From Halobacteriota archaeon (GTDB taxonomy: Archaea > Halobacteriota > Bog-38 > Methanoflorentales > Methanoflorentaceae), in NCBI GenBank assembly GCA_050011655.1, contig JBEKIR010000002.1, forward strand, positions 1 to 61,928: DNA of 61,928 bases, given 5' to 3'. A program made the translations under genes and the position numbers. The notes under the pieces are model-generated. The model made no database searches. It had not been told where the DNA came from and saw nothing but the letters and a program-made list of their open reading frames with translations. Below, one piece after another: positions 21,258 through 30,998 of this stretch. Numbering within the stretch: the first letter of the stretch is position 1; every line of letters begins with the position of its first letter.

Positions 21258-21725
21258 ATGGACGATTGGAAAAAAAGACTCGACGACCTCTTTCAAAAAA
21301 AGGCGGCCTACGAACAAAAATTAGCGGAAGACAGACAGAAAGCTGTCACTGCACACGCCCAGCAATTTTCACTCGTTGCGGCACTCTTCGATTCGACGAT
21401 CAATCCAGCATTTGAAGAGGTACGCTCGGAACTGCTGAAACACGGATCCGAACCAAACATCGTTCTCGCGCATCCGTCAGCAAGAGCTGGTTCCCGATTG
21501 GCCAGTGCACTTGAGATCGACGAGGGGTTGACCAGGTACGGTTATGAGATTTATGCTCGTGTCTCTCCGACGGGGTACAGCTTGAATACGCGCGTGCAGG
21601 TAGACAAGTACGAAACCGCCCGGCACGACCTCACGCAAAGCCTCCTGCCTAACACAATCTCAAAAGACGACATTATCAAAGACGTCGTCGATCGGTACGT
21701 GAAGGCCATAACGCCACACATATAA
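21258..21725 (+). CDS. hypothetical protein (about 155 aa, N-terminal coiled-coil-like)
   Basis: ATG 21258 lies about 40 nt downstream of ctttaaatag (TATA-like). No recognisable domain. Confidence 0.45.
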   Translation: MDDWKKRLDDLFQKKAAYEQKLAEDRQKAVTAHAQQFSLVAALFDSTINPAFEEVRSELLKHGSEPNIVLAHPSARAGSRLASALEIDEGLTRYGYEIYARVSPTGYSLNTRVQVDKYETARHDLTQSLLPNTISKDDIIKDVVDRYVKAITPHI

Positions 21726-21863
21726 CGGTGCATCCCCCCACAGGCGGCCGCGTGAAGGGCGAATCTGTGCCGTTGCTGCGGAGAGGCTGCGGATGCGCAG
21801 TGGATCGTGAGACTGGACGAGCAGAAGGCCAAACCACTCGTTGAAATGCGTGGACAACACCCC

Positions 21864-22445
21864 ATGACTGATGTGGCAAGAAAGGAGAGGAATTCCGAGT
21901 CCGGCCCCATAACGGTCGTGATCAGGCGCAGAATCAAATCGGGCTTTGCTCAAGCATAAGAGGCGCTAGAAAAAGAGATCTCAACCGATGCCGCAGCACA
22001 AACAGGGTATCTTGGCTCAACTTTTTTGCGCCCGGAAGGCGGCACTGACCGGGACTTCGTGACAATTGTCCGATTCGATATCTACGAGAGCATGATGCAA
22101 TGGGAGCACTCTGCAGCCAGCAAGGTCTTGATCGACCGAACTGACGCGATGAGCGAGACTCCGGCCAACATTCGCCGATCCGCAGGATTGTCTCTCTGGT
22201 TTACTCCGCGACATCCCACGTCTCCGCCACGCTGGAAGATGGTGCTGTTGCTCACCGTGAGCATCTTCATATTGGCTGAGATCATGACGCCTCTCCTTAA
22301 TCCTGCTCTTGGTCTCTTGCCACAGCCCCTTGCGTTGTTCATTTCTTTGGGAATACAGATTGCCCTGCTTACGTATTTCGTGCTACCGTGGCTCACTACA
22401 TTACTCGCAAAATGGCTTTATGATGTACCACAATCCAAGGAATAA
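21864..22445 (+). pseudogene. ABM (antibiotic-biosynthesis-monooxygenase-like) domain protein with C-terminal TM segments, interrupted by an in-frame TAA at 21957-21959
   Basis: The same frame reads MTDVARKERNSESGPITVVIRRRIKSGFAQA-TAA-EALEKEISTDAAAQTGYLGSTFLRPEGG..FVTIVRFDIYESMMQWEHS...PPRWKMVLLL. The ORF track only shows the part after the stop (22026..22445). Confidence 0.55.
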
Positions 22446-22641
22446 GTACCGCGGGAATGTGCGGTGGTACCCGATGTTTAATATTGGTTTGTCTGCTATC
22501 CGCTCTCTTGACGATGTGAGCTCTTCGGCACGCGTCGCGGGCCTGAGATGTTCGCGTGACTGAAAGATGTGCATAGATTGAAAAGACATCGCCAGCATCC
22601 CTCGTAATGTGCTGCCAAGTTTCCCCGGCTCATTAGTCGAG

Positions 22642-22965
22642 TCACGACGTGGCAGAAAATAATGGTAATCCCCACTTGCGCAAATCAACACCGCCAATGC
22701 AATGAATGACCTCGTCACGATCAGCTAAGTCAATAGTTGTTTTTTCGAGCTTGTACGATTCGACAATTGCCTCTCCCGTATTTGAGATTTTTTCCATCGG
22801 CTTCCAATGCATTGTCACTTGAACAAGCTCTGTTATCGCCTTGCTTCGACTTGCCTTCTCTCTTGCGCATATCCACACAACGACCAGCGAATTGAGCGCA
22901 TCTGATCGGTCTGGCAAAGTTTTGCCGTGAAAGAGCATTAGACCGGGAAAACGCGCTTTTTCCAA
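22642..22965 (-). CDS. hypothetical protein (107 aa), doubtful
   Basis: The only sizeable ORF in the spacer before the 722-aa gene. No motif recognised. May be a gene fragment. Confidence 0.25.
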   Translation of the reverse strand: MEKARFPGLMLFHGKTLPDRSDALNSLVVVWICAREKASRSKAITELVQVTMHWKPMEKISNTGEAIVESYKLEKTTIDLADRDEVIHCIGGVDLRKWGLPLFSATS

Positions 22966-22997
22966 ATCTATCTAGTTCAGCTGTTGCTCTGAAGAAA

Positions 22998-25166
22998 TTG
23001 TGGTGGACGCGAAATCCTCTCATACTAGTTGGCGACATTCCGTGGCTGGTTCAGTACACATTACACGCATCATCTAACGAAACCGCTAGTATTTTAGCGT
23101 TCTTGGCCCGCAATGTTTTTGAGGCATACTATTCTGCTGAACCAGGAAGCAGCGAGCATATTGAGCTTATTCTTGCCGCGTGCGCTCAACATACCGTTTT
23201 TTCGTGCGCCTTTGCATCGCTCATAATGCCCATTAATATACGTGGCCCACAAGCAAGGCGGCTAAAAGATCAGTACGAGGAGCAATATGGAGGCAAAAAA
23301 CGTGAACTTTTGCGGCCTTCGCCGAAGGAGCGCATTTCTAACCAATTAAATCTCTGCGAATCTGGTGATTCCGGTGCTTGGGCGCAATTGACCAAGGAAA
23401 TGGTACTTACCCCATGCGACAAACTCTACGACACCGATCTACTCTTTGAGCCTGATTTGACCACTCTTCCTGGTTGGGATGCAGCAGATGAGCTCACACG
23501 TTCAAGGATCACTGGCGCAGCAGAGCGATATGTGACTGAACAGACGCCAGACCCGACGAAGTGGTTAGGTGTCACATTGCCCCCCAATACAGCGCTAGCT
23601 GGAGTTAAGGCACTAGCTCTCCTCGCTAACCTAAATCGCACTACTGATGTCGCACGGAGGATTTGGAAGAAATGGGCGCCGGCTGTAGTTGCTTATCCAG
23701 TTTTTGGGGAGCTACGAGAATCACGAGAGAGAATACTTCAGGAACTGGTAAAGATCGCATACGAATCTGCACCTAACGAAGCGATGGAAAGTCTGACCGC
23801 TTTAATCGAAAAGGATGATAGAGACAAAATCTATTCGTTCCCTGTCTTGCGCAAATTCCGAGACTGTTGGGACGATCGAGTATCGCAGGCAATCTTGCTG
23901 AAAGCACAAGACGTCGATTTAACTCCTGAAGGCGTGGGATACCTCCTGGACACTCTTTTGGACCATAAGTGCGAACAAGCCACACATTTCATTCTGTCGT
24001 TTATTTCTTCATCTGCACGAAGGATTCCCTCTCGTGGCAAGAATCGATTGAGAGCTATATACGCGACAAGTGCGCTTTTTGCGCACACAGAAGATCCGCT
24101 TTGGATAACAGCGTGGTCAATAATGAAACAACTCCCTAAATTCAGCGATCAGGTTCTCTCAACGCTGGCTAGTAAATACAGACTCGATACGCTAAAGCTC
24201 GATCAACTTGACGAATATCAAGTAGCAGAGCTATGTGAGTTGCTGCTCAGACGCTATCCACAATCGGGTGACCCACCATTTGAAGGCGGCGCCCGATATC
24301 TTACCCGCCGAGATAGTATTGGCTCGTTCAGGAATTCAGCACTAAGGCACTTAGCACAACGTGGAACGCAGGAGGCTTTAGCAGCAGTTCAAGGGCTTGT
24401 TTCTGCGTTTCCAAGTGAAAGTTCCTTGCCACCACTACTGGAGGAATCGATATCGCAAACAAACTCCAGGACGCAGATCCTCCGACCACCGCGCGAGATA
24501 ATTGAGTTGGCAGGACTTAAGGACAGACGCCTAGTAGACAATGGCGAACAACTCTTGAACGTCTTGCTTGAATCTTTGGAGAGATTGAACAATGACCTTC
24601 ACGGCGAAACTCCCTCTATAGTTTTTCTTTGGAACCAGCAAATCAATAAAGATGAATTTTGGCCAAAAACGGAAGAAGATTACTCTGACTGGATAAAACG
24701 GTACCTGAATCACGATCTCAAAGAAAGAGGTGTGATAGCCCTGCGAGAAGTTGTAATACGCCGTGGGATGGGACAAGGGAAAAAAGGGCAAAGAACTGAT
24801 ATTTACGTAAACGCGCGAAAAAAAGGGCGGCGGGATGACACGCTTGACTCTTTAACCGCCATAATTGAAGTGAAAGGAAGCTGGCACAAAGAGCGAAGAA
24901 CGGCTATGAAAACTCAACTAGTTGATCGCTATCTGAAAGATAATACTAGTCAGCACGGCATTTACGTCCTATGCTACCCGTACTGTACACAATGGAGTAA
25001 CGCTGACGGCAGAAAGCAGCGGGCTTTGAGAAGTGGCATACCGAAGGCTCAAACCACGTACAGTCAGTTAGCCCAAGACCTATCGGACCACGACCTCCTG
25101 ATTAAGGCATTTGTGCTAGATACTACAATTCACTTGGACGAGGTCAAGCGAGCCAACAAGACCTAG
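22998..25166 (+). CDS. large helical-repeat (HEAT/ARM-like) protein with C-terminal PD-(D/E)xK nuclease-like motif
   Basis: 722 aa with a GTG start. It has a HEAT-like segment FRNSALRHLAQRGTQEALAAVQGL. The C-terminus has RTDIYV (D601, nt 24798) ... AIIEVKGSW (E624-x-K626, nt 24867-24875). Confidence 0.6.
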   Translation: MWWTRNPLILVGDIPWLVQYTLHASSNETASILAFLARNVFEAYYSAEPGSSEHIELILAACAQHTVFSCAFASLIMPINIRGPQARRLKDQYEEQYGGKKRELLRPSPKERISNQLNLCESGDSGAWAQLTKEMVLTPCDKLYDTDLLFEPDLTTLPGWDAADELTRSRITGAAERYVTEQTPDPTKWLGVTLPPNTALAGVKALALLANLNRTTDVARRIWKKWAPAVVAYPVFGELRESRERILQELVKIAYESAPNEAMESLTALIEKDDRDKIYSFPVLRKFRDCWDDRVSQAILLKAQDVDLTPEGVGYLLDTLLDHKCEQATHFILSFISSSARRIPSRGKNRLRAIYATSALFAHTEDPLWITAWSIMKQLPKFSDQVLSTLASKYRLDTLKLDQLDEYQVAELCELLLRRYPQSGDPPFEGGARYLTRRDSIGSFRNSALRHLAQRGTQEALAAVQGLVSAFPSESSLPPLLEESISQTNSRTQILRPPREIIELAGLKDRRLVDNGEQLLNVLLESLERLNNDLHGETPSIVFLWNQQINKDEFWPKTEEDYSDWIKRYLNHDLKERGVIALREVVIRRGMGQGKKGQRTDIYVNARKKGRRDDTLDSLTAIIEVKGSWHKERRTAMKTQLVDRYLKDNTSQHGIYVLCYPYCTQWSNADGRKQRALRSGIPKAQTTYSQLAQDLSDHDLLIKAFVLDTTIHLDEVKRANKT

Positions 25167-25174
25167 ACAATGGG

Positions 25175-25645
25175 TTATAACGAGAATCTAATTGGAGCCC
25201 AATACTGCATATACACGTGATACACATGGTCAGGCAGTGGATGCTTGTAAAACCGCCAATCAACTCCTGAGACGCCGTGAGTGAGAATATAGTTCTTGTT
25301 CGACTGATCCCACTGCAATACATCGCCCTGCTGCTCACACAACTTCCTGAAGTCTCCGGGCACGAAATGAGCGTAGCAGAGTAAAAGCTGGATCTTCTGC
25401 TGCTTCAGCCATCGTTCGAATGACAGTTGTTTGAACACGAGTTCATCATTTCGCCGGCTATCTAGAAGCGGCGTGACAGCGTCAACCACCTGCGGATGAA
25501 GTGGACAGTAGTGTTGAATGCGGATCTTGTCCTGCTCCGGCAGAATGTCAATGACCGTGTTGAAAAAATAGGTAGGGGTGTTGAAATCGTGCCTGTTTAG
25601 GACGTAGCGGACTACAACATCCGCTTTAATATCCGTAAGGGAATA
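25175..25645 (-). pseudogene. tyrosine recombinase/integrase C-terminal catalytic fragment without a proper start
   Basis: The frame is open from 25645 with no ATG; the ORF track uses GTG 25489. It contains AHFVPGDFRKLCEQ (HxxR-like box) and ILTHGVSGVDWRFYKH (H...Y-x-H box with the catalytic Tyr). The N-terminal half of the enzyme is missing. Confidence 0.5.
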
Positions 25646-25914
25646 TCATCGCTGGCTAATTCGTGAATCTTAATATGTTGCTCAAGCGACAAACAGATAA
25701 GGTTCTCTGGATCGTTGTTGTCGTGGTTACACTCTTTGTGGTGGATATGATGCCCTTCTGGAACTTTTCTCTTAAAGTGTGTTTCCCAGATTCGCCGGGG
25801 TTCGCGTTGGCGCTGCGGGAACCATTTAGTCGTAAGTTCTTGTGAGTCTAAGCACCCTGTACACCAATCGAACGGTTCTTCGCGTTCGTTAATCTGACAA
25901 TTCTTACAGATCAT
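25612..25914 (-). CDS. small HNH endonuclease
   Basis: MICKNCQ...CTGC zinc-finger-like N-terminus, then GHHIHHKECNHDNNDPENLICLSLEQHIKIH (H-N-H). The ATG at 25914 overlaps the stop of the upstream ORF. Confidence 0.7.
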   Translation of the reverse strand: MICKNCQINEREEPFDWCTGCLDSQELTTKWFPQRQREPRRIWETHFKRKVPEGHHIHHKECNHDNNDPENLICLSLEQHIKIHELASDDIPLRILKRML

Positions 25915-26218
25915 CTTTGCTTCCGTTTGACTGTGCCTGCGGCTTAGGGCGGGTTTCTCCCCGATATAGCGCCTCAAAGCCAATTTGCCGCCACGCGTAC
26001 TCCCGAGCCTGCACGACGTCCGCGTCGGTCGGATGCGCACGCTCGCGCAAGTACTTCTGCTCCCAGTGCGCAGCTTTAGCGAGGAGTGCCTCACTCGGAG
26101 CGAGGGGGTGCGGTGGCGCTACCCAGATGGCCTCGTCAGCCGGAATGGCATCCTTGTTGGCGAGATAGGTCTCTCGTATGTTTCGCAGGTAGCGCGGATT
26201 CTTAGACACCAGGATCAT
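25904..26218 (-). CDS. hypothetical protein, translationally coupled to the HNH gene
   Basis: 104-aa ORF whose stop overlaps the HNH start codon region. No confident domain. Confidence 0.4.
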   Translation of the reverse strand: MILVSKNPRYLRNIRETYLANKDAIPADEAIWVAPPHPLAPSEALLAKAAHWEQKYLRERAHPTDADVVQAREYAWRQIGFEALYRGETRPKPQAQSNGSKDDL

Positions 26219-26249
26219 CTCATACGACTAAGCTTGCTAGCGCGGAAAA

Positions 26250-26690
26250 TTACACTACTTTTTCAACGAGTTTCACGGCATCCCGTACAAACGCCGGACA
26301 GCGGGCCATCACGACTTTGTTCTTCTTCACCTCAGCAACCTGTTCCGGGTCTGAAAGGTTGTACCCGAGCAGGCCCGTGCAGGTTACCGAGCTGTTGCGC
26401 GTTTCAAATTGGCGGAGAAACTCGCCGACCACCGCATAAGTCCTTTCTTTCGCTGCGCTGTCTTCAGCCCGTATCCTGCCGTATCGCAGCCCGATCACCA
26501 TGATCGCACCAGAGAGGGCCCCGCAGATATCATCCGTGTAGGCGATCCCGGCACCAAATCCCTGCGAGATGCGAAGTGCCAGATCCCGATCGAGCCCGAA
26601 GTCCTGTGCAAATACCGAAAGCACAGCCTGTGAACAGGTAAACCCCTGCTGAAAGAGAGTCACTGCCTCATCTGCCTTTGTCATAGCCAA
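26250..26690 (-). CDS. C_GCAxxG_C_C family redox-active protein
   Basis: FQQGFTCSQAVL ... GFGAGI ... ICGALSGA ... CTGL ... ARCPAFV matches the conserved Cys/Gly pattern of that family. Confidence 0.75.
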   Translation of the reverse strand: MAMTKADEAVTLFQQGFTCSQAVLSVFAQDFGLDRDLALRISQGFGAGIAYTDDICGALSGAIMVIGLRYGRIRAEDSAAKERTYAVVGEFLRQFETRNSSVTCTGLLGYNLSDPEQVAEVKKNKVVMARCPAFVRDAVKLVEKVV

Positions 26691-27432
26691 CAGTCATGCG
26701 GGAGCGGCAATAATCCTATTGCCCTATAGTGTGACAACAAGAAACAAGGCCTCTCGCAACAATCTGCACGCTTTTGCACTAGGAAGTAAGGGCTTCCTTG
26801 TGGAAATCTTTGAGCAATTGCTGAGTGGTTTTGTTAAGTGGGTAGATTCAGCACGCTTAAGTAGTGATGCGATGCCAGCAACACGATGCTTTTTGGCTTT
26901 ACGGAGTACATCGCTCGAAATAGTTTAAACCGCTTGTCTAAAAAATACTCTGTTGAAAAAGCGATTGACCGAGAATCGTTGCTCGCCTTCACAGTCGAAC
27001 TTCTCTCACAGATAACGGGCTTCATGGGAGGAGAAGAGAAACAGGCAATGGACATGTTCGTGCGAGGCCACAAGCCCGCGAAACTAGGGCGGTAGCTGGA
27101 TAATTTGATATGCTTAAAAAAAACTCGTCTAGACGCTGGCTCGGCATCTCATTCCCTCGCGAAACCACCTGGACGATACGCGTGATCAATCTCCCGCTTT
27201 AGCTTCACTTAGGCTTCAATTCACCCAGGTTGGACTGGCAGTTACGTCGACCGACGCGAGAAGAACCTACCTGAATTAATGGCGGCTGCGCGTAAATTCA
27301 AGCAAAGTGGAGAGCAACTCTCTTCTTAAATAGCAAAGGTGCGTGTTATAAAGCGACCGACTGAGTACGACCGGCACGGAAGAAGGTATAACAAACGAAA
27401 CAATAGATCTGGAAGGGCTTTAGATCGCAAAA

Positions 27433-28505
27433 ATGGTTTTATTACGACAATATTCGCCGACAATGACCAAAGATTACAGCCAGATCTCAGATACGGCCCG
27501 TGCGGTGGATGCAGAGGTACTGCCCAGGATGGCGTCTTACATCCGGCGTATATCGCCGCAGATCGCCGCCATGAGCGCCGACGAGGTGTTTGTGATCGCC
27601 GATTACGGCGCCGCAGACGGCGTGAATTCGAACGAGTTGTTTGAAGCAGTCATCTGCCTGCTTCACGAGGTGAATCCCTCGCTGACCATCAAATTAGTTT
27701 ATATTGATCTGGCGGATCCGGCGAATTTCGAGACGTTCTGGGCAACCTCGGCATTAGCGAAATTAAAGCATGTAGAGGCCCAATACATCCAACGATCTTT
27801 TTATGAACCATTTCCTGAGATAACAGGCAAACTCCGGATCGGTTTTTCGTCCACTGCGCTGCACTGGCTGAATGCCAAAACGGTTGGACCTGAATATTTT
27901 CAGCATCCCCTCTGCATACAGCCCAACCAGTTGCCAGATTCTGAACGTAGAGAATTTGCGGAAAAATGGAAAGCGGATTGGCGGTCGTTTCTGCACGAAT
28001 GCTCGAAGTCGCTGGTTAAGGGGGGTGCTTTATTTTTTGCCAACCTTGCCAATCTGGGGGACGACCGGTGGCCAGCGTCGCCTGGATATAACAACCTCAG
28101 GGACATTTGCCAAGAGTTATGTGAGGAGAAAAAGCTTTCAGAAGCTGAGTTAAACGCTATTTTCATACCGGGTTACTTTGCCTCGCCCCATGAAATATTA
28201 CGTTCGCTAAATGAAAACGATCTTAGGTGTTTTGCCGTAAACGCCTGTGATCCCTTGACCGTCTCGTGTGCCTATTTTACTAAGGCGCAGGACAAGAGGA
28301 CGACCCACAGGAACGGTCCAAGCTTGCCGCTACGCTGGCCCATGTGGTCCGGGCCTGGAGTGAATCGTCGATGCGGATCGGACTTTACGCAGACAATAAA
28401 GACCTGATAGAAGAAATTTATCGACGTCTGCGGGACAAATTCTATGAAGAACCTGAAGGCTTGCCTTATCAATATTGCCTGCTCGAACTCGTAAAAAAGA
28501 CATAG
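27433..28505 (+). pseudogene. SABATH-like (Methyltransf_7) SAM-dependent methyltransferase with a frameshift near 28284-28310
   Basis: VIADYGAADGVNS ... IDLADPANF ... RSFYEPFPEITGKLRIGFSSTALHWLN resembles plant-type carboxyl methyltransferases. After ...YFTKAQD the frame degenerates and stops at 28407. The adjacent frame reads cleanly: ERSKLAATLAHVVRAWSESSMRIGLYADNKDLIEEIYRRLRDKFYEEPEGLPYQYCLLELVKKT-stop(28505). Confidence 0.6.
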
Positions 28506-28986
28506 GGGAACGGTTGAAATTTGACTGACCTTTCCTCTTTTTAAACATCCAGCGTCTCTAATCGAGGCAGTGGGCATCAGATGCATGATCCATCCAGTGC
28601 ATTAGAGACGGCCGTCTTCAAACTTACAAGCAAAATGCTAAATGAATCAGGTTTTGATCTTCATAATTACTTTCTGTGCCCTCTGACGAGGTATCGACGT
28701 TTAAGATTCTCAAAAGTGTTAAGGAACTCGTTGCGGCAGAGGTAACAAGCGTGGCCTCTTTGCAAGATGGGTACTGCTTGTCGTGCCCCTGCTCATGGCA
28801 CCGTTCTACGCTGTACGCCACACATATGCTCAATTTGTCTGACCTACTGTCGCCTATATCACGCGGAGGTTAGTCAAGATAGTGCTCTACAGCTCGGGCC
28901 ACGAACTGTGACACGCCGTATTTCCCCCTAAATAAGCGTGCGCCGCTAAATTCTGCGCTACACCTTGTCGGCGCTAGAAAACCCCA

Positions 28987-29364
28987 TCACTTTCCTTGAA
29001 GTAGGAAATCCTTGAAACTAGGTGGGTAATATAACTGATTATATATGTATTGACGTACCAGCATCTCAGCTTGAAGCTCGTCTTTCGCCTTCACCTTTTG
29101 GATTTCATTAATCTCCGCTGCTGTTAAGCGGCCATCCACGTCAATAAGCGCGTGATTCAGCGACTCACTTATTCGAACACACTTCTCTTCACAATCGATC
29201 GCTCGCTTTTCCCAACGCTCTCTCATCGTCGGGTCTTGACGCAGCTGTGCCACCGATTCGTCGGCACTATTCAAAAGGGCCTGATAAGCATATTCCCTGC
29301 GCGGAAGAAAGGATAGGCAAACGCCCGGTGGGAAGGACAGTAATGGAGACCCTAGCCATCGCAA
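28987..29364 (-). CDS. hypothetical protein (possibly starting at ATG 29226, 79 aa)
   Basis: ORF-track ORF with a non-ATG start. The internal MRERWEKRAIDCEEK... is the more plausible start. No domain recognised. Confidence 0.3.
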   Translation of the reverse strand: MRWLGSPLLSFPPGVCLSFLPRREYAYQALLNSADESVAQLRQDPTMRERWEKRAIDCEEKCVRISESLNHALIDVDGRLTAAEINEIQKVKAKDELQAEMLVRQYIYNQLYYPPSFKDFLLQGK

Positions 29365-29739
29365 CCGCCGCAGCTATCGCGGGTGTCCTGATAGGATTGC
29401 TGATCGGCGGCTGACAGCGATTGCAAGTGATGCAGTGAAAATCAAGCCCTTGAACTAGCCGAGCTCTTGTAGAGCCATAAGGAGATTATAAGCCCTATGA
29501 TGAGCGTATGCGTGACACCAACCCTCTAGCAGCTAAAATGAACGTAGCGATAGCGTGATTCGTTTATCCTCTGCTTATCTCGTAGCTCGTTATTTCTTTT
29601 TTCGATTTCAAACACGTATAGGGCTCAGTTCGCGACCTGGCCCAAGAAGGGATGAAGTAATGGCCACAAAGTGGTTTGCGCCAAGGTCAGATGAAGCAAA
29701 ATGACGCTGTAACTTAGATAAAGATTAGACAGCTTATGC

Positions 29740-30186
29740 ATGATTCGTAATACTGCTGAGGGCGATGCCGTGCCAGAGGAGGAAATAGATGCGAACCTTG
29801 TGCCTCTCGTCAAAGTACTCAACAGCCTTCCGTGTGTTACCACGGTGTGCTGCTGTGGTGGACATGCAGGCGAACGTGACCACGGGAAGTGGCCAGAAGG
29901 AACTTGGTATGTCACGTTAGAGATTGGACAAAAGGAGCAGGGGTGGCGCACGCTTGCGTTTCTTGGATGGGCGATCAACCGCGAGTACTGTAAGGCAGGG
30001 CATCACGTCTTCTTTTACCCGGACGCATTGCCGCCGCGCGCTGTTGACGATGAGGCTACACTCGGTTTCCAGCTGGAAGGATATCGATACGAGCGTCCTG
30101 AAGAGCTCGCGAGCTGGATAACGAAAATGCGACATAGCGACGACAGCTTCGCACGTAGCACACAGGGAAAACTGCCACGTAACTAA
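29740..30186 (+). CDS. hypothetical protein (148 aa, Cys/His-rich CVTTVCCCGGH segment)
   Basis: Clean ATG ORF. No recognisable domain. Confidence 0.4.
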   Translation: MIRNTAEGDAVPEEEIDANLVPLVKVLNSLPCVTTVCCCGGHAGERDHGKWPEGTWYVTLEIGQKEQGWRTLAFLGWAINREYCKAGHHVFFYPDALPPRAVDDEATLGFQLEGYRYERPEELASWITKMRHSDDSFARSTQGKLPRN

Positions 30187-30583
30187 GAGTCAAGTTCGTG
30201 CTTATAAGGTCGTGAACGTCACTATTGGCTCTGCAATAACCGTTGGAAGGCGCTCCGCTTTTCACCTCTTTTTTGACGTCTGACGCATGTACAGCCGTTC
30301 AGAGCAGTTGGACAGGCAAGAAATGCAAGTAGATTCCTACCTATGGGCGCGATGGTTGGTTTCGGGGCTTTCCATCGAGCAGCAGGTGTTTCTTTTTGAA
30401 GATCTATGCTCACATAGCGCTTCTTTTTCGAGATGCGCCGAATCCTATAGGTCATTGGTGTAACGCAGTTGGACGCAAAAAAAAATAAAGAGAGCAATTC
30501 ACCTGCTGCAAAATGAGATTCTCCAATGTTAGGCTCGGCAAAGCTACTTAATCATTCAAAAGTAACTTTATGCGGTGATATGA

Positions 30584-30880
30584 TTGGCTGAAAAAGAACG
30601 CATCTTTGTCGCACCAAATGCATTTTTTTATCACGACAAGAAAAACTACAGCATCGAAGTGGAACTTCCCGGCGCAGATAAGAAGGACATCAAAGTTGAA
30701 GCTGGAGAGAACGGGTTTTGTCTCACAGCACCTCGAGACGATATCGAGTATGCCGGCTGCTGGACACTCTCCCATACCATAAATCCGGACGAGGCAGCGG
30801 CCACGTTCGAAAATGGCCTCCTGAAGGTGACCATACCGCTCGCGGAACGGCTTGAGGGCGTCAAGGTACCCATAAAATAG
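30584..30880 (+). CDS. short Hsp20/alpha-crystallin-domain protein
   Basis: YSIEVELPGADKKDIKVEAGENGFCLTA ... ATFENGLLKVTIPL is the alpha-crystallin domain pattern. TTG start. Only 98 aa, with no N-terminal arm. Confidence 0.7.
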   Translation: MAEKERIFVAPNAFFYHDKKNYSIEVELPGADKKDIKVEAGENGFCLTAPRDDIEYAGCWTLSHTINPDEAAATFENGLLKVTIPLAERLEGVKVPIK

Positions 30881-30998
30881 CCCACCTCATTCGTTGGAGC
30901 CGCGCGTGATGACCATGCTGCGAAGCTAGCGGTGGCCCTGAACTCTCGGCAGCCCGTCCTGTTCTACGCCGAATTCGAACCGGAGGAAAGGATTAAAA

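Noticed and set aside
21957-21959. In-frame stop in the ABM gene as genetic-code recoding (pyrrolysine or selenocysteine)
   Set aside because: The codon is TAA. Pyrrolysine uses UAG and selenocysteine uses UGA, and no SECIS- or PYLIS-like context is evident. A nonsense mutation or an error is more likely.
26719-27095. Two overlapping small plus-strand ORFs (26719..26928 and 26886..27095), considered as a frameshifted regulator gene
   Set aside because: I could not recognise any domain in either piece or in the joined translation. The evidence is insufficient to call a gene or pseudogene.
29343-29414. 23-aa hydrophobic peptide ORF (METLAIATAAAIAGVLIGLLIGG) overlapping the 5' end of the opposite-strand ORF, considered as a type I toxin
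   Set aside because: It is too short and unsupported, with no obvious promoter, SD or antisense RNA structure. The partner ORF is itself doubtful.
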